DNA of 32,000 bases from Candidatus Iainarchaeum sp. (GCA_028713935.1 JAQTNI010000010.1:1-32000), one strand, 5' to 3'; shown: positions 8,067 to 16,679, counted from the stretch's first letter. Numbers and translations: made by a program. The notes: generated by a model not told the origin, from the sequence alone.

Positions 8067-8930
8067 TCAGCATATTCCTTTGAAGTCTGGCGGGAGTTTT
8101 CCTTTTGCAATCAGGCTGAATAAATCGTCAAAGAGCCAGAGTTTTGCGCAGCCGATTGCGGGGATTTGCAGGGCTGAAATTCCCTGAAGAGAGGATATTT
8201 TTACTGGGTAGAGTGTTATGCAGGGTTTTTCTGTTTCAACATACACAGTGTTTCCGTTTGTGGTTGTTGATACTTTTCCACAGTCCTGGTCAATTGTGGG
8301 GTTGTTCACTGAATCGCCTTTTGTAAGGATGTAGTCCCCGTCCTGAACATGAATTTTGGCTACTGCCCTGTGAATTATCGGGATTTGTGAAAGCTCCGAG
8401 AAATAAACAATAATGCTTCCTGTTTTTGTTATTTGTATTTCCTGGCCTGAACTGAACTTGATTTTATTCAGTATGAAGCCTGCTGTTGTTTCGCTTGTCT
8501 TTGAGTATTCCGGGACTGCAAATTCTGAAAAAGGAATGTTCTGCAGTGTTGGCAGGTTTAGGCTTGCTTCTTGCGCCTGTATGTTTTGCGTGTTTGCGCC
8601 GAACAAGGCAATTACATCTCCCCTGTGGTATACTGGCTCCATGCTTCCGCTTACAACAATCACCATTGGCGAGGAAGTTCCAAAAGCAATGCCCAGTCCC
8701 GTGTAAATCAGCCATGCAAAAACAAAGGCGGAAACAAGGTAAATTCCTGTGCTTATCCACTCGTTTTTTGAAGGATTGATTTTTGGCATGAGGAATAAAT
8801 CCACATAGGTAAAGGGGTCTATCCATTTTAATTTTCCGTGGATTTTTTTAAGCGCGGAAACAATTCCCTTTTCTGGTTTTTCCTGTGCACCAGGGAAAGG
8901 CAGATTTTTTTTGTTGTTCTTGCTCACCAA
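8067..8930 (-). CDS. Signal peptidase I, archaeal/eukaryotic Sec11 (S26B) type
   Basis: TM segment followed by VVSGSMEPVYHRGDVIALF (catalytic Ser box and HRGD box). TTG start at 8930, so the N-terminus is uncertain. Longer than typical because of a C-terminal extension. Confidence 0.8.
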   Translation of the reverse strand: MVSKNNKKNLPFPGAQEKPEKGIVSALKKIHGKLKWIDPFTYVDLFLMPKINPSKNEWISTGIYLVSAFVFAWLIYTGLGIAFGTSSPMVIVVSGSMEPVYHRGDVIALFGANTQNIQAQEASLNLPTLQNIPFSEFAVPEYSKTSETTAGFILNKIKFSSGQEIQITKTGSIIVYFSELSQIPIIHRAVAKIHVQDGDYILTKGDSVNNPTIDQDCGKVSTTTNGNTVYVETEKPCITLYPVKISSLQGISALQIPAIGCAKLWLFDDLFSLIAKGKLPPDFKGIC

Positions 8931-8969
8931 AAAAACCCCATAATAATAAGAAAATCCTGCCTTTTAACA

Positions 8970-9533
8970 CTATTTGGGCCTTGTGCTTTCCCCGATTGTA
9001 ATGCCCGAAGCAATCAGGTGTGCCAGCCTCACTGGTTCTGGCAGGTTGCTGTGCAGAATTGTTTTTTGCAGGGCAGTTTTTGCTTCCTGTTCTGAGCATC
9101 CGTAAAACTGGAAAAAAAATTTTTTGAATTTGTGGATTTCGCCTGCCTCCTGCACAAGCAAAAAGCGTTTTTTGAAATTTGAAACTTTTTTAAGTGCAGA
9201 AATGAATTTTTCCATTTTTGGGTGGCTTCGGAAAACAAATATTACTGGAATTTTTGTTTCTTCAAAAATTTTTTTTACGGCTGGAATGTTGGAGGCTGCA
9301 AAATTTTTTCCGCTGAGCAACAGGAAAGAAACCTGCCCCGAGAATTTTGTTTTTTTTGCCATCCAAATTATTTTTTTTGTCGAATCAAACCCGTCGACCC
9401 TGATTTTTGTGGAGAGAATCCCTTCCACTGTGTGGCCAAACCTGTAAACAACTCCAACAAGGATTGTCTGCGTTTTTGTCCTTGGCCTGAAAAAACCGTC
9501 ATCAATTCCAAGTGCGCGCAGAAAAGGTTTCAT
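8970..9533 (-). CDS. DUF99 / UPF0215 family protein (EndoV-like fold)
   Basis: MKPFLRALGIDDGFF...ILVGVVYR...VDGFDST...LLLSG...IPVI pattern typical of archaeal UPF0215. ATG at 9533. Confidence 0.7.
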   Translation of the reverse strand: MKPFLRALGIDDGFFRPRTKTQTILVGVVYRFGHTVEGILSTKIRVDGFDSTKKIIWMAKKTKFSGQVSFLLLSGKNFAASNIPAVKKIFEETKIPVIFVFRSHPKMEKFISALKKVSNFKKRFLLVQEAGEIHKFKKFFFQFYGCSEQEAKTALQKTILHSNLPEPVRLAHLIASGITIGESTRPK

Positions 9534-9562
9534 TTGCAAAGGCCTTTGCAAAAAAAAGAGAA

Positions 9563-9841
9563 TTAGTCTTTTAATGCTTTTTTAAATGCCTCTTCCAGTT
9601 CTTCAAGGTTAGAGTCAATTGTTTTTATTGCATCCTGCAGTGCTTTTGCGGCTGTTTTGCCGTCTGTCTTTACAATGAATTTTGTGTCATTGTCCTGCGG
9701 ATGGTTCAAAGTGCAGGCAACAAATTCAACCTTGGGATCATTGGCCAGGGCTTCCTTTAAAATGCCTGAAAAAGTATGCCTTTCCCCTTTTATCATGAAT
9801 TCAAGGGAATCCTTTTTGTTTTCCAAAACCTCTATTTCCAA
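9563..9841 (-). CDS. rpoL: DNA-directed RNA polymerase subunit L (Rpo11)
   Basis: 92 aa, (L/M)EIEVLENKKDSLEFMIKGERHTFSGILKEAL matches the RpoL N-terminal pattern (E..HT.GN.L). TTG start at 9841. Lies downstream of csl4, a commonly observed archaeal linkage. Confidence 0.75.
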   Translation of the reverse strand: MEIEVLENKKDSLEFMIKGERHTFSGILKEALANDPKVEFVACTLNHPQDNDTKFIVKTDGKTAAKALQDAIKTIDSNLEELEEAFKKALKD

Positions 9842-9917
9842 AGCAACACCTCAAAAAAATTTATTCATAAAAATAAATTGTTTCCTTTTCTTGGACAACT
9901 TGTTTATCCCCAATTCA

Positions 9918-10023
9918 GGATTCTTTCTTTTGGGCACCTTGCACTTTTCTTCCTTGTGAAGCAAAGCTTCACGAGGCCTCGCAAACCGCAAGGTTTGCAA
10001 GGTCTTGCAAAGAAAGAAAAGGG
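9918..10023. repeat. Composite polypyrimidine/polypurine element with nested perfect hairpins (copy A of the element at 28546..28598)
   Basis: TTCTTTCTTTT (9921..9931) ... CTTTTCTTCCTT ... AAAGAAAGAAAA (10009..10020). The loop contains GTGAAGC-AAA-GCTTCAC, GAGGCCTC and GCAAACC-GCAA-GGTTTGC. Flanks CAGGATT...GGCGG are shared with copy B. Confidence 0.7.
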
Positions 10024-10055
10024 CGGACCTCAAAAAAATTTTAGAAAAATTATAA

Positions 10056-10634
10056 TTACAATTCTGCAGTTTCTTGAAGAGCAGGCTGTGACTCGTATTC
10101 TGAGGAAAGCTTGCGGGTTTCTGAATTTCCACAGCTGGTGCATTTCAAGCCCCTGCCAGAAAGCTGCAAAGGATGCCTGCATTTGCTGCAAAAAGCCTTT
10201 ATCACTCCAAGTTCTGCTTCGTTTGTCCTAAGGTCAATTCCCCATGGCTTTGCTTCAGAAACCTTGGCTTTTACAAAATCGCCTATTTTGAATTCCTGCT
10301 TCAAATTCTCAATGTATTCCCTTGAAACATTTCTCACGGGAAGCATTGCATAAGAACTGCCAACAACCTGCCTTTCTGAAGCGCTTTTCAGCGAGGACAA
10401 TTCTATTGAAACAGAATTTGTCCTGACAAGATTTACAATGCCAAAAACAATGCTGCCAACCGCAATCGGGGCAAGCACTTTTGCCTTTGCAATTGAAATC
10501 ACTTTTCTCTTTGTGTCCTCACTTGGCTTTCCAATGGAGTCTGAAAAAATGTCTCCGTTTTCTTCAAAAGTATTTTCGCCTTTTGAAAATTCCTCTTCAG
10601 TAGCCAAAAATTCACCTGGCAAAGAACATTTCAT
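10056..10634 (-). CDS. csl4: Exosome complex RNA-binding protein Csl4
   Basis: N-terminal domain LPGEFLATEEEF, central S1-like region (GDFVKAKVSE...) and C-terminal zinc ribbon CSKCRHPL...CTSCG. 192 aa. Confidence 0.8.
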   Translation of the reverse strand: MKCSLPGEFLATEEEFSKGENTFEENGDIFSDSIGKPSEDTKRKVISIAKAKVLAPIAVGSIVFGIVNLVRTNSVSIELSSLKSASERQVVGSSYAMLPVRNVSREYIENLKQEFKIGDFVKAKVSEAKPWGIDLRTNEAELGVIKAFCSKCRHPLQLSGRGLKCTSCGNSETRKLSSEYESQPALQETAEL

Positions 10635-10729
10635 AAAAAAACCTCAAAAATAGGAAAAAGATTAATAATTCAGCTTTCCTCATTCTCTAATATAATAATT
10701 ATAAAATCACAAAATATTTAAAGCCACCC

Positions 10730-10753
10730 TTTCTTTTTCTTTAAAGAAAGAAA
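10730..10753. repeat. Short polypyrimidine/polypurine palindrome related to elements A and B
   Basis: TTTCTTTTTCTTT immediately followed by AAAGAAAGAAA, with a 14-nt perfect palindrome TTTCTTTAAAGAAA. Ends 7 nt upstream of ATG 10761. Confidence 0.5.
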
Positions 10754-10760
10754 CTCGGGA

Positions 10761-11660
10761 ATGATTTGTATGGTTCTGGAAACGCTTTTCACTGCAAAAA
10801 CAATCCACAGGCATCCCCTGCTAATGGTGCTTCACGCAATAATAATGAGCAGCATTGCAATGTTCATAGCATACTATGTTTTCAGGGAAAACTCGAGCTG
10901 GCTAGGAATAGCGTTTTTCACAATCGGCCTTATTCCCCTAATGGAAACACTTTTGAAGCACGAGGAAAAAAAAGAAGCAAGGCATCCCGGCTTTGCCCCT
11001 ACCTTCCTTGCAAGGCATTTTAACATACTCCAGGCATTTGCATGGATTTTCATTGGCCTGATAATCAGCTATGCCTTCTGGTACTCAGTGCTGCCAGTGG
11101 AAATGGAAAAAAACATTTTTTCTGCCCAGGAATCAAGCTTAACCCAGATAGGGCAGTTGAAAAGTGATCTGTCAGGAGAAGGAATGTTTGCTGCGGAAGA
11201 AAGCCCCTGTGGAAGAAACGCTTTCTGCTGGTTTGAAGCAATTGCAATAAACAATGCCTCTGTGCTTGCTCTTGCAATAATATTGTCAATTGTTTTCGGG
11301 GCAGGGGCGATTTTTTTGATTGCCTGGAATGCTTCAATAATCGGAGTTGTAATCGGAAAAGATGTCCTTGCGCTTGCAGCAAGCTATACCCAGTTTGGAT
11401 TGTTCAATGGGCTAATTGCTTTTTCACACGGCATGTTTAATGCATTAGGCCTTGTTCCTCACGGCTTGTTCGAAGCATCTGGCTATTTCATTGGAGCAAT
11501 TGCAGGCGCAATAATTGGAATAATGATTACAAAAAGGCATTATTACAGGCACGAGCCTGGCACAATTGCAAAAGATGCCTTTCTCCTGGTAATAACTGCT
11601 TTTGCCTGCATTGCAATAGGCGCGGCAATAGAAGCACTTGTGATTGTTTCAAGCTTTTGA
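10761..11660 (+). CDS. SpoIIM-like (stage II sporulation protein M / DUF95 family) integral membrane protein
   Basis: Multi-TM protein with NNASVLALAIILSIVFGAGAIFLIAWNASIIG and PHGLFEASGYFIGAIAG motifs typical of this family. Confidence 0.65.
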   Translation: MICMVLETLFTAKTIHRHPLLMVLHAIIMSSIAMFIAYYVFRENSSWLGIAFFTIGLIPLMETLLKHEEKKEARHPGFAPTFLARHFNILQAFAWIFIGLIISYAFWYSVLPVEMEKNIFSAQESSLTQIGQLKSDLSGEGMFAAEESPCGRNAFCWFEAIAINNASVLALAIILSIVFGAGAIFLIAWNASIIGVVIGKDVLALAASYTQFGLFNGLIAFSHGMFNALGLVPHGLFEASGYFIGAIAGAIIGIMITKRHYYRHEPGTIAKDAFLLVITAFACIAIGAAIEALVIVSSF

Positions 11661-11725
11661 ATCGCATAATGCTCCAAACCAAAAATAGTGAAATACGCCG
11701 AAATACGATTAATCACTTTTTTTAT

Positions 11726-11944
11726 TTATGCTGTGGCTTTTGCCGGAATTGTTTCAAAGCTTATTTTTTGAAAGGCCTCTTTTGGAAGATTTTCTGAAAC
11801 ATCCAAAATTTCTAGGCCGATTACTTTTCCTTTTTTGTCCAAGTCTAAAATAAAGCCTTCTTTTATTTCGTCACTTTCAAAATAAGGCTCTTCGCTGAAA
11901 CGAATGTAAATCGCGTCAGCTTTTGCATCGAATTTTACTCTCAT
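11726..11944 (-). CDS. DUF2283 family small protein (antitoxin-like partner of DUF4258)
   Basis: MRVKFDAKADAIYIRFSEEP...DEIKEGFILDLDKKGKVIGLEILDVS is the typical DUF2283 pattern. Its start overlaps the upstream gene stop (ATGA at 11941..11944). Confidence 0.75.
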   Translation of the reverse strand: MRVKFDAKADAIYIRFSEEPYFESDEIKEGFILDLDKKGKVIGLEILDVSENLPKEAFQKISFETIPAKATA

Positions 11945-12198
11945 TCTTTCACCACATATTTTTCAATTCTTGTTGTTTTGTAAGCGCTTAGCACTACAAA
12001 GTCAGAGTTCTCTATTACATATATTACTCTCAACAAAAATTTAAAGCCCTTTGCCTGAAAAACTTTCTGCGCAATCTTCCTGTTGTTTTTGGAGTCAACA
12101 ATATTATCGGGGTTTAGCAAAGTTTCTTCAACCTGCTTTTTATCCAACAAGCGCTCCTTAATTTGATTCTCAGCATGGGCTTCAAACTTTATTCTCAT
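11941..12198 (-). CDS. DUF4258 domain protein (toxin-like)
   Basis: MRIKFEAHAENQIKERLLDKKQVEETLLNPD...FLLRVIYVIENSDFVVLSAYKT fits DUF4258 architecture. ATG at 12198. 4-nt overlap with the DUF2283 gene. Confidence 0.65.
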   Translation of the reverse strand: MRIKFEAHAENQIKERLLDKKQVEETLLNPDNIVDSKNNRKIAQKVFQAKGFKFLLRVIYVIENSDFVVLSAYKTTRIEKYVVKE

Positions 12199-12363
12199 AA
12201 AAACCGCTCTTTCCAAATTTTGCTTGTTCGGATTATTTTTGCTTTTTCAAAATAACTTCTTTTTGGAACCAAATTTCCGCTGTTCGTTCTTGGAAAAATT
12301 TTGATCTGCTGCGTTACGCTGGGCTGAGTAAATCCAGGTGATTGCTGGCAAGTTATTCTTTGG

Positions 12364-12771
12364 CTATTCCCATTGCTTAACAGCTTTTTCCAATTGTTTA
12401 GACAAATCAGCAATATCTTTGTAGTAAATTATTTTCTTTGTGCAGGGAATTCCAGCAATCATTTTGGATGGTTTGATTCCTTTTTTGCAAAGTGCAATGC
12501 AGGGAATGCCATGTTCCTGCGCCATTTGGAATTCCATTCCAACTCCAATAGACGGGCTTGAAACCTCGCCAATAAACAAATCACAATCAGTTATGGTTTT
12601 ATATGTGCGGCCATAAAATTCTTGGGGGCTTTCCTTTGAATTCCAAAAATCGGGATATGTTCCAATGACCTTATCAAAATGTTTTTTGCATAGCTTTGTT
12701 AGGTGCCTATAAATGGGAAGGTAACTTTTTCCAAACAAATGAATCGGCCCAAAAACATAAACTTTGCTCAT
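12364..12771 (-). CDS. Nucleoside 2-deoxyribosyltransferase-like fold protein
   Basis: KVYVFGPI (N-terminal Rossmann strand) and ITDCDLFIGEVSSPSIGVGMEFQMAQEHGIPCIAL, resembling the D..(V/I)...G...E.G.A...G.P core of the family. Assignment by motif only. Confidence 0.5.
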   Translation of the reverse strand: MSKVYVFGPIHLFGKSYLPIYRHLTKLCKKHFDKVIGTYPDFWNSKESPQEFYGRTYKTITDCDLFIGEVSSPSIGVGMEFQMAQEHGIPCIALCKKGIKPSKMIAGIPCTKKIIYYKDIADLSKQLEKAVKQWE

Positions 12772-12822
12772 TTACTATCCCGACTTAATATTCAATTAGG
12801 CCAAGCTGGATTTGAACCCACA

Positions 12823-13788
12823 TTATTTTTCAAGTATTTTTTTCAAAGCCGGCTTGTATTTTTTGAATAGTGATTCAAGTTCATCTGAATCTTTAAGGGT
12901 TGCCCGGCTTGCAAGGGTTCCGCCGATTGCTTCCGCAAGCTTTGTTAATTCCATAGGAAAAAAGAATTTTGTGCTTCTTCCCTCGCCAAGCTTTTCAAGC
13001 GCCCTGATATAGTAATATGCAAGCGCCTTGTCTGACAATTGCTCTGCGGCTGCTTTTACTGCTTCTATTTCAAGCTTGTGGGCATCTGCAAGCTGGCTTC
13101 TTGCAAACTTTTGCTGTTCAGCGGCTTTCTGATTTGTCAATGCATCTTCAAGTTCTTTTGGAATTTTAATGTTTGAAATCTGGACAGCCTCAACAGTTAC
13201 TCCCCATGCCTCGGCAATTTTTTCAATTTCGGAAAGGACACGCTTGTTGAATTCAGAAATATTCGTGATCAGCTCTGTAAAACTTAATGTTCCTGAAACA
13301 TCTCTCACTGTTGACTTTACAAATTCCTCTGCCGCCTTTTCATAATCCTTTATTTCCACTACACTCTTGACTACTGACTGGTTGTCTGGCTTTACATACA
13401 AATAAATTATTGCATCAATTGTGAGGACAATCTTGTCGGAAGTGATTACTTCCTGGGGAGGAATGTCAATTGTGTGGGTTCTCAAATCAACTATTTTGAA
13501 GGATTCAATTATTGGCAAAACAAATGTCCAGCCAGGGCCTCCCACACGCACTACTTTTCCAAACCTGTAAATTACTGCCCTTTCATATTCTTTCAGAGTC
13601 AGGAGAAAATCGTATCTCCAAATAAGAAAGCCCAGAATAAAAAGAATTGAAACTGAAAGCAGGATATATGCAAAAAAAGTCATGTTTGTAAACGCCAAAT
13701 AAATAATTGTGATTATCAGGACAATTAGGAGCAGGAAAATTCCCTGCTTTATTTTGTGCGATTCCACATTTGAAAATCTTTTTGTCAC
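12823..13788 (-). CDS. SPFH/band-7 (stomatin/prohibitin-like) membrane protein
   Basis: Two N-terminal TM helices, then LKEYERAVIYRFGKVVRVGGPGWTFVLPIIESFKIVDLRTHTIDIPPQEVITSD and a coiled-coil tail. GTG start at 13788. Confidence 0.85.
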   Translation of the reverse strand: MTKRFSNVESHKIKQGIFLLLIVLIITIIYLAFTNMTFFAYILLSVSILFILGFLIWRYDFLLTLKEYERAVIYRFGKVVRVGGPGWTFVLPIIESFKIVDLRTHTIDIPPQEVITSDKIVLTIDAIIYLYVKPDNQSVVKSVVEIKDYEKAAEEFVKSTVRDVSGTLSFTELITNISEFNKRVLSEIEKIAEAWGVTVEAVQISNIKIPKELEDALTNQKAAEQQKFARSQLADAHKLEIEAVKAAAEQLSDKALAYYYIRALEKLGEGRSTKFFFPMELTKLAEAIGGTLASRATLKDSDELESLFKKYKPALKKILEK

Positions 13789-13871
13789 AAAAAAAACCTG
13801 CTTTGTACAAACACTTGGTACGATAATCCTTTAATTGTTAAATATAAATACTTAATTGAGTATATATTATT

Positions 13872-15128
13872 TTGGTAGCAACAAACGGTGGTTTTTTGGA
13901 AAAAATCCTGATTATTTGCGTTGACAGGGACAATGATTTGGGCAGAAAAACAGACGTGCAAGGCCCTGTCATTGGACGGGAACCAAACCTGAAAGCGGCT
14001 TCAAAGCTCGCCCTTGCAGACCCCACAGAGGCGGATGCAAACTGCATTTTTGCAGCAGTAAAAAAATTTGACGAATTAAAGGCAAAATTTCCCAACCTTG
14101 AAATTGCAACAGTAACAGGCATTGGAAAATCCGGATTTGAATCCGACAGGGAAATAAGCAGGCAGCTTGATATTGTGCTGGAAAAATTTCCTGCTGAGGG
14201 GCTTGTGCTTGTAACTGACGGAGCAGAAGACGACCAGGTATTGCCAATCCTGCAAAGCAGGTCGAGAATTGTTTCAAAAGAAACCCTGATAATAAAACAG
14301 GCAATGGAAATAGAATCAGCTTTTTTCACTGTAAAAGAAGCCCTGAAAGACCCTTACATTGCAAGAATTGCATTTGGATTGCCTGGAATTGTATTGCTGT
14401 TTTACGCATTGACATACATTTACGGGGCACAGGCGCTTTTCATACAGGGCTTAATGCTAATAGTGGGGATTTACCTTCTCCTGAAGGGGTTTGGCATAGA
14501 AGAAATAGCAATTTCAAGCCTGAGAAGGGTTACAAAGGGAATTTCTCTGCAAAGAATAAGCTCCTTGTTTTACATTGGGGCTTTTTTCATAATTGCTTTC
14601 GGCGCATACACTGCGTTCAATAATTTTGTTGGCATTCAAATGACAGACCTGCTTCTGGATTCAGTGAGCGTAATCCATTCAACATACATTTTCGTGGTTT
14701 TAGCGGCAATGAGCATGATAATAGGGAGAATACTTGATTTGCTGCATTTCAAAAAAGCATATCTGATAAGAAGATACCTGTTTACTGGTGTTTCAATAAT
14801 AATGGTCTGGTTTGTATTGGACGCGGGAACACTTGTTTTTCTCAGGCAGGCAGACCTTGCATGGTTCCTAATGACTTTAATAGGAAGCTTTGCAATACTG
14901 CTGGTTTCTTTCAGGGCACTAAGCATAATGGACATAAAAAAGAAAATAACAAAATTATTGATTGGATTGCCTGTTTACAACAAGGAAGGCAAATGGCTTG
15001 GCAAAGTTGAAAAAATCAACAAGGCCAAAAACACAATTGCATTTGTTGATTCAAAAACAAAAGACCTAAAGGAAATCCCGAAAGAAAAATTCAAAATGAG
15101 AGAAGGAAGAATACTGCTTATGCAGTAG
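13872..15128 (+). CDS. DUF373 family archaeal membrane protein with C-terminal PRC-barrel-like tail
   Basis: ILIICVDRDNDLGRKT...GREPNLKAASKLALADPTEADANCIFAAV...LVTDGAEDDQVLPILQSR, followed by ~6 TM helices. The tail GLPVYNKEGKWLGKVEKINK resembles a PRC barrel. TTG start is uncertain. Confidence 0.7.
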   Translation: MVATNGGFLEKILIICVDRDNDLGRKTDVQGPVIGREPNLKAASKLALADPTEADANCIFAAVKKFDELKAKFPNLEIATVTGIGKSGFESDREISRQLDIVLEKFPAEGLVLVTDGAEDDQVLPILQSRSRIVSKETLIIKQAMEIESAFFTVKEALKDPYIARIAFGLPGIVLLFYALTYIYGAQALFIQGLMLIVGIYLLLKGFGIEEIAISSLRRVTKGISLQRISSLFYIGAFFIIAFGAYTAFNNFVGIQMTDLLLDSVSVIHSTYIFVVLAAMSMIIGRILDLLHFKKAYLIRRYLFTGVSIIMVWFVLDAGTLVFLRQADLAWFLMTLIGSFAILLVSFRALSIMDIKKKITKLLIGLPVYNKEGKWLGKVEKINKAKNTIAFVDSKTKDLKEIPKEKFKMREGRILLMQ

Positions 15129-15166
15129 CTTTTCTAATGCTGATTTCAATGCGGCGATTAATCAAG

Positions 15167-15202
15167 ACAAAAAAATGGAGCCATAAGCGCTGTCACGTAA
15201 CA
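15167..15202 (+). repeat. 36-nt perfect direct repeat, copy 2
   Basis: Identical to 91..126. Lies 39 nt after the DUF373 stop and immediately before the open frame of ORF 15264..15581. Confidence 0.9.
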
Positions 15203-15263
15203 GCTACTTGCACCAATCCGGAAAAAACTTCTTAAAAGGCGTACACGAAAGCGAATCGCATTA

Positions 15264-15581
15264 TTGAAAAGACAGAATGAAATGATAGAATTGAATCGCC
15301 TAATGGAACTCGGCAACGTACGAAAAGAAGCTGCCAAAACAAAAAGGTTTAAAGAATTTCGAGAGCGATCACCCGACGAATACAAAGAGTATGTGGAAAA
15401 GTTGGGTCGTGACCCGATAGAAGTTGCCGAATTTTTCCGCCGTGTATCCGGAAAATTCCAAGAAGAATTAGGCGAAAGAGGGAGCCGCTTTCAACACCGC
15501 GTTGAACGTTTGCAAGCTCGCTTAAAACAATTGGAAGAAAAAAAGCCTCTTCCAACGTTTGAAAGGAAAGAAAAAAAGTGA
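15264..15581 (+). CDS. Hypothetical charged/coiled protein with atypical codon usage
   Basis: 105-aa ORF (TTG start; ATG at 15282). The frame is open back to 15201, directly after a TAA inside the 36-nt repeat. About 11 of 15 Arg codons are CGN, versus mostly AGR in neighbouring genes. The antisense ORF 15158..15385 looks like a shadow. Confidence 0.45.
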   Translation: MKRQNEMIELNRLMELGNVRKEAAKTKRFKEFRERSPDEYKEYVEKLGRDPIEVAEFFRRVSGKFQEELGERGSRFQHRVERLQARLKQLEEKKPLPTFERKEKK

Positions 15582-15627
15582 ATCTCTTCTAGTTCATTTT
15601 TAAATAAATTACAGACTATCAGCGCCC

Positions 15628-16281
15628 TTAAATTTTTTGGCTTGTTTTTTTTGCATCCTCAAGAAAAGCCTGGATTCCTTTTTCTGTCAGGGGATGCTTA
15701 ATCATTTTTTGCAGGACATCAAAAGGCACTGTTGCAATGTCAGCACCAAGCTTTGCTGCTTCCGCAACATGCATCGGGTGCCGAATGCTTGCAACAATTA
15801 TTTTGCATTTCAAATTATAAGCCCTGAACACCTGGACAGTGTCACGGATTAACTGCATTCCTTCTTGCCCTACATCATCAAGCCTGCCTATGAAGGGGCT
15901 GACAAAAGAAGCGCCTGCTTTTGCTGCAAGAAGAGCCTGGTTCACTGAAAAAACAAGGGTTGCATTTGTCCTTATTCCTTTTTTGCTCAATTGTTTTATG
16001 GCTTTCAGGCCTTCTGAATTCAAGGGAATTTTTATTACAACATTTTTGTGTATCTGCACAAGTTTTTCAGCTTCTGCAGCCATTTTTTGTGAATCGTCAG
16101 TGCAGAGCACTTCGGCGCTAATTGCCCCGTCAACAATTGAGCAGATTTCCCTGACTGTTTCCTTGAAATCCTTTCCTTCCTTTGCAATGAGAGAAGGATT
16201 TGTTGTTACTCCGTCAATTACCCCCCAAGAATTTGCCTCTTTTACCTGTTCAATGTTCGCGGAATCCAAAAAAAGCTGCAT
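15628..16281 (-). CDS. tal: Transaldolase / fructose-6-phosphate aldolase (short TalC/Fsa type)
   Basis: [31 protein letters not shown]...VVIKIP...NATLVFS...SPFIGRLDD are typical motifs. ATG at 16281. Confidence 0.9.
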   Translation of the reverse strand: MQLFLDSANIEQVKEANSWGVIDGVTTNPSLIAKEGKDFKETVREICSIVDGAISAEVLCTDDSQKMAAEAEKLVQIHKNVVIKIPLNSEGLKAIKQLSKKGIRTNATLVFSVNQALLAAKAGASFVSPFIGRLDDVGQEGMQLIRDTVQVFRAYNLKCKIIVASIRHPMHVAEAAKLGADIATVPFDVLQKMIKHPLTEKGIQAFLEDAKKTSQKI

Positions 16282-16356
16282 CAAATCCACCAAAAAAACA
16301 ATAATTAGCATTTGAGGGCACATTAATTAAAAAAACAATGCATCTTATTTTCAAAA

Positions 16357-16656
16357 ATGGCGTTAAAAATTCTTTCCAGGGCCAGGCAAGGCCTGCTGAA
16401 TTCACAATTGGGGGTAAGGAATTACATAAGAAGAAGGACGAAACGAAAATTATTCAGAATGCTTGCTGAAAGAAAGCGGCTTATTGCAGAAGGCAAAAGC
16501 ACAAGCCGGATTAATGAGAAAATAGGTGTTTTTAGGAAGAACATGGATAATGAATCTGTGCATGCTGTCGCAAAACTCTGGCTTTCCCCCTTGAAAGACG
16601 TGAGAGCTGCAAGAAAAATCAGGAAAGAACTGATGGGGAAAAAATTCCCAAAATAA
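16357..16656 (+). CDS. Hypothetical small basic protein
   Basis: 99-aa ATG-initiated ORF, Lys/Arg rich, with no recognisable motif. Sits in the gap between two minus-strand genes. Confidence 0.4.
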   Translation: MALKILSRARQGLLNSQLGVRNYIRRRTKRKLFRMLAERKRLIAEGKSTSRINEKIGVFRKNMDNESVHAVAKLWLSPLKDVRAARKIRKELMGKKFPK

Positions 16657-16679
16657 TAATGTGGGCATTTAAAATTTTT

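Noticed and set aside
12195-12413. A 72-aa minus-strand ORF whose TGA overlaps the DUF4258 ATG (ATGA), suggesting a third coupled gene.
   Set aside because: Its only start is a TTG that sits inside the 3' end of the NDT-like gene, with no internal ATG or GTG. The composition is not convincingly protein-like and no motif is recognised. It is treated as a non-coding spacer, though a short upstream regulator cannot be excluded.
12799-12830. A tRNA-like T-arm on the minus strand (GTGGGTTCAAATCCAGCTTGGCC).
   Set aside because: Only a T-loop-like motif is present, with a mismatched stem and a short acceptor-like 3' strand. The upstream ~50 nt are AT-rich, overlap the SPFH gene 3' end and lack D-arm and anticodon-arm features. 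At best it is a degenerate tRNA 3' remnant, not a gene.
91-15202. Reading the two 36-nt direct repeats as attL/attR of a 15-kb integrated element.
   Set aside because: The interval contains core informational genes (rpoL, csl4, canonical PCNA, signal peptidase). It has no integrase or recombinase and no intact tRNA target. The repeats are more likely local scars or regulatory modules.
15201-16656. Homology between the two small basic ORFs flanking tal (LKRRTRKRIALLKRQ versus IRRRTKRKLFRMLAERK).
   Set aside because: The similarity is confined to one Arg/Lys-rich patch, which is expected by chance in basic low-complexity sequence. There are no further collinear matches.
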